From assembly GCF_964355755.1 (NCBI RefSeq), contig NC_092673.1:32547648-32611647 (forward strand): a DNA stretch of 64,000 bases, given 5' to 3'. Both the position numbers and the translations under genes were made by a program. Shown piece after piece: positions 1 to 17,960 of the stretch (position 1 is the stretch's first letter; every line of letters starts with the position of its first letter). This stretch comes from Antedon mediterranea. Lineage: Eukaryota > Animalia > Echinodermata. Under the pieces are notes generated by a model. That model was not told where the DNA came from, ran no database searches, and worked only from the letters and a program-made list of their open reading frames with translations.

Positions 1-3000
1 TCAGTCAAGCCGAAATAAAGCCATGATGATTATAACAGACAAAACTTTCGGTTTGCATTATTTACATACACTCAAACAATTTGAAAACTTCTTTAGAAAA
101 CATACAAAGAGAAAGTAAAAACAACTCCGTTAATTTAAATTTGTTGGTTTGTCAAATGAAGAGTGGAATGTTTGGTCAACGCATGAATCAATTATTTTAC
201 AAATTTATTTTATATTTATTTATGACGGTTTAAAAAAATCTAGTTTCACCACGAGCCAAAGTTTTGATTACAAAGGAACAAGAAGTACAGAAGAAGGAAT
301 TGCTAGTACGTTTAGCATACACAACAAAAATAAAAAGTATGACATATGCAATATAATTTAAATACAAATACATTTATTCATCAAATCACAAATAAAATAA
401 TAATAAGTACAATAATTCAAGACAATGATGAAATGGGGTCACAAGAAACCAGGAGGTTTGTGTGATAGAGACTCCAGATTACTTTAACATTTTTAGTCTA
501 CAAAAAAAATTAAAAAGCAAGATAATTACCATAGGCCTATGTGTATAAAATAGAAATGAGAATAATAAAGGTAGGCGCTACCTACAAAAGAGAGAGTGAA
601 AGGGAGATGACATTGAATTCAATTAGTTCTAAGATATATCGGTAGGTCAATTTTCAAAGAAACAAAACCTTTCTAAATGGAGACAGAAGTTGATGATGAT
701 TCTCGACGAACGATAAACTTCGTAAAACAAAATCAAAATTACGACCATTACAATCCAACACAAGTATCACATTTTATTATCACTATCTAATCAAGGACTC
801 TCAAACACACTTAACTTTTAAATTTCTAGCCATTAAGATTATTTTTGTCTGAAAGAACTTCTCAAAGAGATTGATCATGTGTTGATTTGTACACTGCATT
901 TGCAATAACTAACGAGCTAACTAATACGAGAACGTGTTACAAAACGCCACAATCGTTGTAAATATTTGGGTTACAAGCTGTGATATTGGCCCATCAATCT
1001 TACCGTGCTTACATCATTAGTTTCCTATTAAGCCTCATCGTGAAATAACCGCCACGTTTACGTCCGGAACCGTTTGTACGAACACTCAAAATGATCACGT
1101 CCAATTAGAAAATTTAACCAAATAACCGCGTGTATACTCTCGCTGTTTTGTTTATATATATTTGGTATTTTTTCTACCGCGTGTAATTCTCGCTGTTTCG
1201 TTCAGGCCTATAGGCCTATTTGGTATTTTTCTATAACGTCAACAGATTACGGTCTAATTACGGTCTTTGTATTATAAGAGAATGCAATCAATTTTCGTAC
1301 AAGTTACCGTAGCATTTGGCAAACTTTATTTCTCCTGCAAGTGTTCTCTCGACATCTTAAATTGGAAGTCATTAATTATTTTTTAATTAAGCTTTCATTA
1401 TAACAAAGGAAAGTGCAAGCCTATCAAAGCAAATACAAACATTCATTTTTGTTAATCGGTACTGAAAATATCGTATAATAATTTTGCTGGTAAGAAATTA
1501 AAGGTATACCGTATAGATGTACCGGGACGGTATTTTCCCCAAAAAAAAAATGGAAAATAAAAATGCATATAAAAACAGTTTAATAAAGTTTATTCAGTTT
1601 TACTTTTGAACAGAAATTAAAGAAAAATTGCATTAGGAAGACTGCCAAATAAAACAAAATGTTCTGAGAACATTTATTATTATTGAAGAAGATTTTGACC
1701 TCAACTTAAGGTAGTGAGATCTTGGGCAACCACCTGACCTGAACACATATACAATTTACAAAACTATTTTGTTATTTTTATAAATTACAATGAATGAACA
1801 GTAGGCCTAAGTCTTATTCAACCACGGGAGTAATTCTTTCTCAACGTATTGGTCTTTTCACTAAAACTCTCTGTATCTGGCATAAAGAGCAACTATCTAA
1901 TCGATACACCTAAACGTCTTTAATCCCAACTATTAAATCAATATTGAACTTCTCAATCTATTAAGCATTGACCATCGGTCTGTCTTATACTTATAATCCT
2001 ATTTTTATCTAGGCCTAAGTAGTTTCTTATTGTAAAAATTGAATTAGGACAATGTCTTTGAAATGCCTTTTCACATTTTTACAAAAAGGAAAATGACATA
2101 GGAATTAGCTATCACGCAAAGCATTTTGGGTATAATATAGAATTTGATACGCCAATCATCGGAGGACAGACTATGACTATTATTGCATCATTGATTTTGC
2201 TACATAACTTTAAATATTTGAACAAATCATTAAGCTTAATGATTATTCAGACCTTTTAAGCTAATTGATATACTCAAAAGGATGGCATTAAAAATTAAAA
2301 CCATCTCAAGAAAGAACAAAATGTCAAACGTACCCACACGTGCTTTTATACTGATATTCCGGATAAAGGTTATATAGGAGATAATCAAGGATTTGTAATA
2401 ATTTGATAAACGTTTATTTAGCGTTGTTAAATACAGTCTTCATGAATAATATAAGGAACCTTAACTGCACAAATCAACTTTAACCTTGTTTGTAAGCTCA
2501 CAAACACAAACTATAGCTTAGGCCATGACTGAGAAGCCTGCGGTGAAACAAAAAGTGAACAACATACCCTTTTCTACCTGTTGGAACCAGGGTGGAATTG
2601 GTGGGGTGGGGGAACTATTTTTTATATCTAATTCTGACAGACTATTAATATGTTAGCGCTCCGCCCATGAGAACGCATTGACTTTAAACGCAGAATGACA
2701 TTTAGTACAACAACATGAAAAAGAAAAGGGCGAGCTTGATAATTTATTTAAAGCTAGGCCTATTCATTACAATTGAAATCTCAAATCATTCCAAACGATT
2801 GCCAAGGCAGAAGAAATGACCCGACCATCATCATTTCGTTTAGGACGAAATTTCTTCCTTCCCCGGGACGGGATATTTAGTATACGATTGTTTTTAAAGA
2901 ATGATGTTTGCAAAAACAAGAGTTTGAATACGTCTGTGACGTCAGTATGTAAAATGATGTATAGTTATCAAATAAATCATCTAAAAATACGATGATTATT

Positions 3001-4382
3001 TATTTTTAACGAAGCGATATCATTTAAGACAATTTATTTGAATTCTAAATTGAATACGATTTATAAAACATTTATTTTCAACGTTGACGTTAAAGAATCG
3101 TTATAAATGGCACACCAATCAAATTCCCAAATCTAATGGATTTTAAAATTCAGAATGTGTTTTATAATTTGGAAAGTTATAGATAAATATGATTTGAATG
3201 GATACATTACAAAAGCATTCATATCATCGTCTACAATTTATTACCTAGCATTTTATTTCTCCTCAGTACTAGTTATCTTTTATTAAAACCTGGATGAAAA
3301 GCAATTTATTATGAAAAAGAAATAGTGTGTTTGTAACCTAGAGGGACCATAAAATAATTAACATCAATGGAAACCAACGGTTTACAATCAATTTTACATT
3401 AATTTATAAAATCTATATAAAATCCTCATTTGAATGATTTGTTTTAGTAATTACAATTGTGTGAGTTGACAAGATGATGATTGGTTCCTTTCTGATCGTC
3501 TGCTAGTTTAATGTTTGTTTGTATTGCGTTTGCTGATTGGCCCTTCGGATTGTCTGCTAGATTAGCATCATTTGTATCGCACTTGCTGATTGGTTGCTTC
3601 AAGTTATACAGACTTGAACAACGTTTGTAAAGTTTACGGGAAAAAAAACTTTTTTTCTACAACATTAGTACGAAAAGTTGTTTTGTTTTAATGTTTATAT
3701 AGTTTTTGTAAATATAAATTTTACATCGCGATATTGTTCACTGGTGGTTCTTTGAATCGTATTTATAGTTTAGTTTATATATTAGCTTATTTTGAAACGC
3801 CTTTGAACTCTGTATAACAACTGCATGTACAATGTGGTCAATGTATAGACCCTTTCATCTTTGTACATTGTATACATGTTTTGTTGGTCGAAAAAAATAA
3901 ATGAAATGAAATGAAATTCCACCGTATTTTAGTAGGGCCTACCAGTTGATTTACAATAGGTCAACGGTTAGATTAAAAAAAAAGTAACTACCACACCTGT
4001 AGTGACTATTATCGGTCTCTAAAATTATTCAATTAAATTTAATTCAAACTGTTAATTAATGATTACATCGCGGTAGCTCTAACACACTGGGAATCTACCG
4101 CAGTAATGTCGTCTCGGATTTGCCGTAATGATTGCGTTTGGTTTTTGATGGTCATGATAAATGTATTCATTCTCTACCTTTGATGTTAACCAGCATTCTA
4201 AAGATCGTCAGCTTGACAGGTCTTTAACTACGCCTTTGTCCATTATTAGGTAAAACTTAATTAACTTACGCGTTACGTATTGGTGTCCGATTATCGTTTG
4301 TTCTTTGCCGACAGGTAATTATATGCATAATGAGATACTGATAAATGTATTTAATTCGTTAATGAACCAGAGAGAGAATTTG

Positions 4383-4583
4383 GAATATACAGAGCACTGT
4401 AATTTACAGGGGGACACCTCTCTTCAGGAAACACCTCTATTCAGGGAACATCTCTATTCAGGAGACACCTCTATTCAAGGGACTCCTCTATACAGGAGAC
4501 ACCTCTATTTAGGGGACACCTCTATTCAGGGGACACCTCTATTCGTCAATGAACAACATAGAATATACAGAGCACTGTAATTT
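4383..4583. repeat. Minisatellite (about 19-bp unit TATTCAGGGGACACCTC) flanked by a perfect 23-bp direct repeat
   Basis: About 7 units at 4406-4545; GAATATACAGAGCACTGTAATTT at 4383-4405 and 4561-4583. Confidence 0.8.
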
Positions 4584-6527
4584 TAATTAAAATAATAATT
4601 TAAAAAAATACTCCACCACCATTTACAACCCAGAGCATCTTGTGTATGTTTGTCATGTGAATAGGATTGCAGTGAATGAATTTGCTTATGCTTATCATTG
4701 GCACTTTGCCTAAATATATATAAAAAAACAAAAAACAAAACACCCATGCAACCGTAGTAAATAACTTTTTAATATCAGTATTATATCAAAACGGAAGTTT
4801 TAATTTCGTTTTAATCAATATTTTTATCGGCAACACTTGGTAACGAATACATTTTATGTGTAATAAATAGAAAATAATTTGAAAATTATAGGAGATAAAA
4901 ATATGGGAGGCTGTGGGAGTTGCCTCCAATAATTGGTTTGGTGTGAAATGCAATGTTCAGTATTTAATGATTAAACATGTATAAATCATGGCATCCCGTT
5001 GGAATAAACGATGCAAACTGTATAATTAGGAAAACAACAGCACGTAACATTTCTTTAAGATGTAACGAATGATTTGTTGATCAAGATTATATAATTGTTT
5101 TTTAAATCCGGGTTCCATTTCAAAATTCTTAGATTTCAGTAATCTTAAATTTTTGTTTTACGAAGAAATTCTAAATTTTAACAATCTTTAAATATATTTT
5201 TTATGTATTTTTTTATTTAATCACACTTTTGTTTAAATTACAAGACCAGCCAATTCTGGCTTATGATATTCTGGCAAATTTATATAAATTAACAATTAAA
5301 ATAGACACGGATAAAAACATAAAATAAAATAACAACTTTAAACAGTCTTACAAGACCAAAAAAAAACTGTATATGTAAACAAATATGTTAAAAATGTAAA
5401 AACAATGGATTGGCGTAATGAGAGCAAAATGTACGGTATTATTTTATTGTAAATGACGTCATATACACATTTATTTGTATATAATTATTTTATATATAAG
5501 TTTGATAGGTTCTTGGATGGACATTCTCTCTCATCAGTGTTTGCTTCGGTGGTCAAAGGGCGAGAAAGTTACGGTAGGTCAACAGAACAGACCGTCTGCG
5601 AACGTAGCCTTTTGGCTGTCTATTTTACATTGAACAATAGAAACACTTAATCAAGGATAAATCTATTTCAAACACGAATCTTTTAATTTACCGACCAAAT
5701 AACTTAAATTCGTTTTGTGATTACATTTTCTTTGCATTCGTTTTAGATACAAGTGCAACAGTTAAATGTTATTTCATTGGTTATTATGGGAAGCGATTAA
5801 AACGTCTGTCTATGGTGCGCCGGATTAGCAAAAACATTTGTCTTTATCGGTAAAACTCTTTGATCCCATTTCGTTGCTCTTTTTCAGTAGATCAGTGTAT
5901 TTAATCTTATTAATTCAAGTCAAAAAAGGTGACAAATGAGCATTGAAAATGACAAACTGTTTTCTTTTCTAACTGTGAGTTTGTAATGATAGTTTTGCAG
6001 CCAAACAAAGCATTTCGGGTAAGTCTCATCATCACAGACCTAACCGACAATCGCGTACAACGTTTTCCCCTTTCAGTCTAGAGTTAGAAATAATGAATAA
6101 GATAATTAACAAGGTAATTAAATGGTGTATATTTCGTTTCGGCATTTTAAATGTTATCTATAGCCACGAAATGAGCATCGCAATGTAAACTGCTGTTTAG
6201 ATACCGTGGAAACTATACAATACATGTGTTGTTATGTTAGAAAACTTTTAATAATTGCGATATTCTAGCATAATACGTTGTGGAGGTATTTTAGTGACAA
6301 CCGTGAATCGAATGGATGATGACATCAAGTATTAATTTACAAGATCGGTCAGAAGAAGATGGGTACTTTCATTTCAATTCGCATGTGGTTTAAAATGCTT
6401 TCACAACCATTATGAGAAACATTCATGTGAAAAGAACTTTACACAAAGATAACGTTCAATGAAGAGCTATTTGAATAAGTTGTTTATTTGGGAAATATTG
6501 AAATGAAAATGTATCAACTTCAGTGCG

Positions 6528-6900
6528 GGGTCAACGGTTTAGTAGGCGGTCGTCAACATTTTTTGTAGGCGCTCATCAACGGTTTTAGTACGCACGTCAA
6601 CGGTTTTAATATGCGCCCTTCAACGGATTTAGTATACGCGCTTGTCAACAGTTTAGTACGCGCCCGTCAATAGTTTTAGTACGCGCCCGTCAACAGATTT
6701 AGCATGCGCCCGTCAACGGTTTTAGTACGCGCCCGCCAACGGTTTTAGTAGGCGCTCATCAACGGTTTTAGTACGCATTTCAACAGTTTTATTACGCGCC
6801 CCTCAACGGTTTTAGTATACGCGCTTGTCAATAGTTTTAGTACGCGTCCGTCAACGGTTTGTACGCGCCCATCAACGCTTTTAGTACGCGCTTGTCAATT
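6528..6900. repeat. Degenerate minisatellite of about 24 bp (CGTCAACGGTTTTAGTACGCGCC)
   Basis: About 15 tandem diverged copies. Confidence 0.85.
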
Positions 6901-7978
6901 TTGTATCACTTTGACTACATTAAAGTTAATTTTATGCGATTATGATTTATTTCGCTGTTCACATTTACACCTACAAACGCCTACCAAACTTTACATAGAT
7001 TCAAATCAATAACCCACAGTACGTGATTAAGATAAGAACAACTATAAAATACGCAAGAAAATGTGTTATAAAACACATTATATCAGTTAAAAATCACAAG
7101 TTATTCGTTCAATGACAATAAACAAGTTGTTTTGATGGTGATATTATTCTACTAACCTCAGGTGAGCTAAGATTACGCGATTAAAATATCAAAAAGAAAG
7201 CAATCAGGCAAAAGATCTAAACGAAATTACCAAAATTGCAATATTATTTCGGACGAATGGGTATAATTATGTTAATAAGTTAAACTGGTCGGTGTACTAA
7301 ACACCGGTATTATGGGCCTAGACGCCTAAAGAAATTATAAGCGGAACTGCTAAATACTAAATTCTCTTGTAATTCACTCATCTAGAAAATCACCATTCCA
7401 CGACTCTATTATCCACTATTGTCTGCAATTAGCTCCCAGTTTTGACTTTGTAAAATGTTTTTTTATTTTGCGGTATGCGTTGCTTAAGGCAATTTTTCGC
7501 TTTGTGTTTATTAACCTATAGCTGTAGTCATAGCAGTGTTGTTTTTGTAATACTATAAAATTAACGTTGAAAAACAGAACTTTTCACGCCTTATTTGAGC
7601 AAATCTTATGGTTTTTTATATTCTTGCTAGTGTGTAAAGCCCATGCGTGCAAATTACGCGATACGCTAAACTGAACAGGCGGTATTGGTTTCCCTCAGGC
7701 TACTCGCCAATTATGATTGAATTAATTTACTTTTGACCAAACTCACTGTTGGATCAATATTACAGGCCATTAATAGTAATTAAATACACTTTAAGCTCCT
7801 AACGATTATTAAATTATAATTCGATCATTAAAATCGATATTTTGAGACGTGTATCGTCGATCAACCTATAGAAAAATATGTTCGGTTTTCACTTCCACGC
7901 TACGCAACGACGTAGGCACAACGCAAGTGAGTTTACCAATCTCATTGGGTGATCCATCGCGTCGAATGGTGTAGGCAG

Positions 7979-8225
7979 TACAGTACTTGCGGCGCGAATG
8001 AGCCAGTACTTGCGGCGCGAATGGTCCAGTACTTGTGGCGCGAATAATCCAGTACTTGTGGCGCGAATGGTCCAGTACTTGTGGCGCGAATGGTCCAGTA
8101 CTTGTGGCGCGAATAATCCAGTACTTGTGGCGCGAATAATCCAGTACTTGTGGCGCGAATGGTCCAGTACTTGTGGCGCGAATAATCCAGTACTTGTGGC
8201 GCGAATGGTCCAGTACGGTACTTGC
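7979..8225. repeat. 23-bp minisatellite CCAGTACTTGTGGCGCGAAT(GGT/AAT)
   Basis: About 10 near-perfect copies; explains the overlapping repetitive ORFs at 7889-8381. Confidence 0.92.
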
Positions 8226-10199
8226 CGCGCGCAGGTCCTTGCAAAAACCATGGCTATACAGAAAACTTCACGTCAACCAATAAATAACCACTCTAGGGTT
8301 CCAATGACGAAGAGAATAATCTTTACTTTTATTTTTGTATACTATTATTTCTTTAGCATTAAATATTACTTAATAATTTGATTTCTCAATTAAGTGCTAC
8401 GTTTATAGGCTGATTATAACGGGACAAATAATAATATTAAGCCACTATAATATCACGGTAACACGTATAATTTCAATTCACTAGTCGGTTAAAAACGATG
8501 CTTTGCACATTAATATTATAAGAAATAGTCTTCATGATATTAGTGGAGGCGACAACGCGAAACGATAAACTATTATTACTACACATGCGCAATAAGGGGT
8601 GATGATAATTCAACATATTATTGACCTTATTATCGCTACACGATATAAATTGAATAATAGATATACGTTAGCTAGACAAAATAGTCAGTTATCCTACATG
8701 TGATAGGTGTCAACGAACACGTATAAATATGATTATCTAACGAGTAATCCATCTCATTTCTGTATTACATTGCTTTCATTTATCATAATACAAGGTGTAG
8801 ATTTAAGCACGAGAGAAATTATGGAGATAAGAAACAAGAGCGAGCAACTTCAAGCAAAGTAAGGGGTTAATATGTCTATTATTAAATAATATGGAGTCAC
8901 ATGTGAAAAACATATGACGTATTTTCACACAATTTGCCTAGATACAAATGAAGAATTACCGGTAAGTCGCAAACGTCGTGAAATAATATCCTTTAGGCTA
9001 TTACTAAGATATAATTATATAATGATTGGAAATAGATTTTTTGTAACACCTTTTACTTGGAATCATTAATCAGATGAATATTAAAAGAAAATATTATAAA
9101 GAAAGTAAAAATTACCTTTCGTTTCATTTATGGGCATAATAATTGTTATTCCATATTCTATAGGCCTAACTACTACATTTGATAAGCCTATAAAATCTGT
9201 ATGTATGTATAGTAATATAAAACAAACTACGAACATGTTGAGGTAAGCCATTAATTCATAATAATCATTTCAACTTTTTATTGGTGGTCACGAACATTTT
9301 TTATTTATTCATTTATTGACTACTTTTGAAACATTTTTCATATATACTTGAAAGCTTATGTTTCTCCAGAATAAGTGCATTCTAATTTTAAAAAAACTGT
9401 CATGTTTTTTCACTATGATGTATCTTATGAAAATAAATTGAATTGTATAGTATACAAATAATGTACAGTAATGTAAAAGGTACATAAAGTCCTGGTTCCT
9501 ATAAATTGTATCAAATCGTAATCCCTATGAGTTAGGCATATAGGCCTACCCATACATTTTTAAAATGTCGAAAACAACCAGTAGGTTTCATCTAATCACA
9601 AAAATCAGTGGTTAAGATACGAACGAATAATAACTTAGAGTTCAATGATTCACAAAATATAGGCTACACGTTAACATTTCAGTACAGAATCTTGAAACAA
9701 TGGTCATGTGCATCGAATTGTTCTTTTTGTATTATTTGTATTTAAATTTCAATAACTATTTTATGCCTAGAAACAACGAGAAAGCTATCAAACAGATGTA
9801 ACTTTGTTAACAACCTTAATTTCATTTTTTCTTTTGTCGTGTTATTATTTGTTTAGGAGAGCCAGAATAAAATGTCAAAAAAAATACCGTTTATTATAGC
9901 AATATTATTTACAATTGCAAGTTATCGACAGATGTTTTGATTGAATAAAAGTTTTATATTATTTAACTAGTTTTAATTGTCGCGTCTTATAGGCCTATAC
10001 TGTCCATGTTAAGAAAACCTTAACAAAAACGTCTTCGTTTTATTATTGACTGTGAGGAAATATAAATTGTATCTAGTTTGTTCGACGGTGATAATTTCTG
10101 TTAATAAACTTTATAACTCATTAACCGATAGTTAATTTCAAATTATCAAGAATACAAAATTGCTGGAACGTGATGATAGCTGATAAGCGTAAATTATTA

Positions 10200-11187
10200 T
10201 ACGAGGTACGTGTGAATGGAACGCGCATGTTCCTGCGTTTGTTTATTTGTTTGTTCGTGTCTGCCACGAGGCCAAGACAAAAGCGGCTTTGTTGTACTGA
10301 AGCATCTGATATAATTTCATTGCAATTGCCTTTTGAATAGCACTTCGCCTCTATCATTTGTCAATTTGTTCGGTTTATTGAATTTTAAGCCTTTTGTCAA
10401 CACAAAAACGATGTTCTTGATAAAAGAGCATTGAAGCGTGACAGTGACCAATCAGCGCCTGGTGTAAAACTCATTAAGCGTGCATTTCGCTTGCTCTCAT
10501 TCGCTGTTGTCTGTATACCACGTGTTCAGAATTACTCAAACTTAGGTGGTTCGAACCAATGGATAGTCACTCGATTCTATAGATTTAACAATGCTTTTCA
10601 ATCTATTGGTTTACCTCTAAAACACAGTGAAACACTCTTCAACATCACAAAGTGTGCAACGTTTGTTGAGACACCACTTGTTTTCTCTTCAAAACTCAAA
10701 AGCCGGTTATTATCACTCAAGACAGTGCAAACTAAAGTATATTCGTTTCAGGTTTATTTAGGTAAGATTAAAGACAATTCTAATACTATTAATAACCAAA
10801 TTAACAATATTTATATTTTCTTTAACCAGTAATAATTGTTTAATTAGTAATGTTTTAAAAATATTTAGCTGTAACGTAATGTTTTAATTTTGTTTAAACA
10901 AAAATTGTTAAAGACATTCGTTTGTAAAATAACTTTTGCAAATATGTGGAGTTGATGTTTTCAATTTTTTTTAAAGTAAAAGTGATTAGAACTTGTGAGT
11001 CATCTGACACCTACGTTTTATTCAGGTAATGAAGCAAAACGGTTCCATTAATGATATTTTTTTCTCTTTACTCACAGCGTTTGTTAACGGACCGACATCG
11101 AGTAACATCAGTTTTTACTCGCGGTTGATGACGGATCATAACACTACTAGGACACAAAATATCAAGTAATCGTTATACATATTCAGC
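10200..11187 (+). promoter_or_regulatory. Putative Barhl promoter and 5'UTR with a UTR intron (about 10762-11077)
   Basis: CCAAT box (GACCAATCAG near 10446), donor G|GTAAGA at 10761/10762, and a strong polypyrimidine acceptor TTTTTCTCTTTACTCACAG ending 11077 upstream of ATG 11188. The TSS is not determined. Confidence 0.45.
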
Positions 11188-15397
<4,210 letters not shown>

Positions 15398-17499
15398 AGA
15401 CAGTCTAAATAGTTTTTAACTTTTTTTAAAATTTATTATTTGAATTAAAATTGGCTTTTATAAACGTTTAAATTCCAATTTAAAATACCACGAACGCGTT
15501 TCCACCATGTATTGTTGCATATTGAAATAATTGTGTTGCGTTGAGCAGCACATTCCATAAAGTGCTGCTAAAACACATCCGCGGCGTGCCATACACGTCA
15601 GCATTTATTGTACATGCGCTCGACGCAACACGCGTAAATCAAACAGTGTGCAACAAACTTAATTTGATATATAAATAAGATAATTTTTTTCCTAATTACT
15701 AGTGTCCAGTTGATTACTATTCGATTATAAGCTTTAGTTTAATTTGTTTTAGGTATCTACAACCGTTTGAATCCTAGCTTACTAATTACTCAATGGCAAT
15801 CTGATCTTGGCTAATTTAAGTAGCTGTGAAGTTAACGTGATCGAAATTATAAATAAGATTCGAGTTGATTGATGAAGAGTGTCTTGATGACGATAATGAT
15901 GTATTGATCATTCGAAGAGACAAAAATAGACGCGCGCGTACAAAAACTGTATCAATTTCCTCAGCATTTGTACGCGCATGTCAAATTGTGTGTCAACAAA
16001 CTTAATTTTGAACTGGGACCTAACGAAAGTAGAGTTATCTACTAAACATTTTCACAAACTTTCAGAAAAATAGTCCTCTAAAAATAATTAATAATTATAA
16101 ATAGGTTATTTATGTTTCATATTGTTTATAATATTGTATATCAATGACCTATCAATAGCACATCAATGTAAAGGTCACGTGAACATTCATGCGTATCATT
16201 TACATATTTATGTCACAAGTATTATAATTAATTTATCTTGTTTTATTTTATTTTGCTTCAGCCGTTCGCTGAATTAAATCAAAGCCTGAAATATTTTGTT
16301 TGTAAAAAGTGTACAGATAGAAATTACGTAAATCATTCCTTGGGATATTTTTCCAATAGAACACAGAGTTTAAAGTTCAGATTTCAGAGTTAAAATTTAC
16401 TGATATCAAGTTAAAAAATTATTTTGGCAATACTCAAAATGTCAAGACTTGTTAGCGTACGTTCCCATTACAACTTTTAACACATTCTGTACCTACTCGA
16501 TGTAAACGCGTTAAAATGAATATAGTGTGAACACACGTTAATAAAACTTTTTAACAATATTGGGTATTTAACATAGGCAAACATTTTAAACGGATTTAAA
16601 TTTGTTAATCAGGTCGTTTCAGTCGATAAATATGCATAACCTATATTTTTAATCTGCTATATTCACCATATTTTCAATTTCGAATTTCTGTAAATTACCT
16701 AAAACTGGGTGTCTATCGTTTCGATGACCCGGATTGCGTTAAATACCGTCCCAGTTACATAAGTTGAATACAACTTTAACCATCTAAAAACAATTAACTG
16801 TTAGTAAAGAATTCACTATATTTAAATTCTAATTCAATTCGGATCGATTTTAGCAACTCTCGATGCGAAATTAATATGAATAAATACATAGTGTTTATTA
16901 GACACTGTAATATGGGTGTTAAAATCATCTTTATAATTGACTGGGCGAACTGAGTCGAATACATTAGTTCATCTTTAAAAAATGCAAACATCGACCACTT
17001 TTATGATTAGAGATTTGATATGTTGCAATATATTTAAAAATATATCATTTTATTTTAACCAAAATAGTGACAAACTATATTAATTTCAACTAAATAAGTG
17101 TTGTAAGGAACAAACATGTTTGTCAACACAATGAATAGAAACAATTGCAGTATTGTATCACTCTTGATTTGAACTCTGATGTTATATATAAATAGTATAT
17201 GTGTCCTTGTTATATAGCGTGTAAATATATTATGAATTATTATTATTATAAACGCGAAAGATTATTTGTTTTTATAGAATTGTTTTTGTCGTTAATTGAT
17301 GGTGATAATGTTTAATTATTTATAAAATATTTCACAGATTTTAATAAAACATTATCAAACAAATTATAAAAGTATTGTCCGTTTCTTTTTAATGTATTAA
17401 CGCCTCAGAAACCGAAGTTGGGGTGAGTGAATGAGACATAGTGTGGCAAACAGATACATAGGCGATAGGATTAAATAGCATTTATCCATGGGTACACGA

Positions 17500-17960
17500 G
17501 CCACGTGTGCGGACAACATAAACTGTGAACGGGGTGAGATGCAGTAGTACATGGGTCACGTAGTGTGGACAGTGGTTTAATATATAATATAGAAACTTTG
17601 AAGGAAGTGAGATGCAGCATGCGTCATGTAGTGTGGACAGTGGTTTAATATATAACATAAACTGTGAACGGGGTGAGATCCAGTACATGAGCCACCATAG
17701 TGGGGACAATAATATACAGAAACTGAAGGGAGTGAGACCCAGTAAATTAGTCACGTAGTGTGGACAGTGGTTTAATATACAGGCAATAAAGGGGGAAGAT
17801 CCGGTACATGAGTCACGTACGTGTGGACAATGGTTTAGTATACAGAAACTGAAGGGAGTGAGATCCAGTAAATCAGTCACGTAGTGTGGACAGTGGTTTA
17901 ATATACAGAAAATAAAAGGGGGAAGATCCGGTACATAAGCCACGTACGTTTAGACAATGT
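17500..17960. repeat. Degenerate tandem repeat of about 62 bp (CACGTAGTGTGGACAGTGGTTTAATATACAG...)
   Basis: About 7 copies with partly alternating variants. Confidence 0.85.

Noticed and set aside
365-700. Possible LINE 3' ends here and at about 19720-19840 (- strand)
   Set aside because: Tail-like and stem-loop-like sequence is present, but there is no convincing coding remnant, so they are not called.
7889-8381. Three overlapping repetitive ORFs and a CRISPR-like appearance
   Set aside because: Pure 23-bp tandem repeat without unique spacers, in eukaryotic DNA with no cas genes; the ORFs are by-products of the repeat.
9927-9936. Atoh1-type E-box GACAGATGTT upstream of Barhl
   Set aside because: A single degenerate 10-mer is expected by chance in a window this size.
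10431-10832. 133-aa ORF upstream of Barhl
   Set aside because: Non-ATG start and no recognisable motifs; overlaps the presumed promoter and 5'UTR.
17482-17943. 153-aa ORF with repeated ILNHCPH
   Set aside because: Arises from the tandem repeat of about 62 bp; no domain or splice support.
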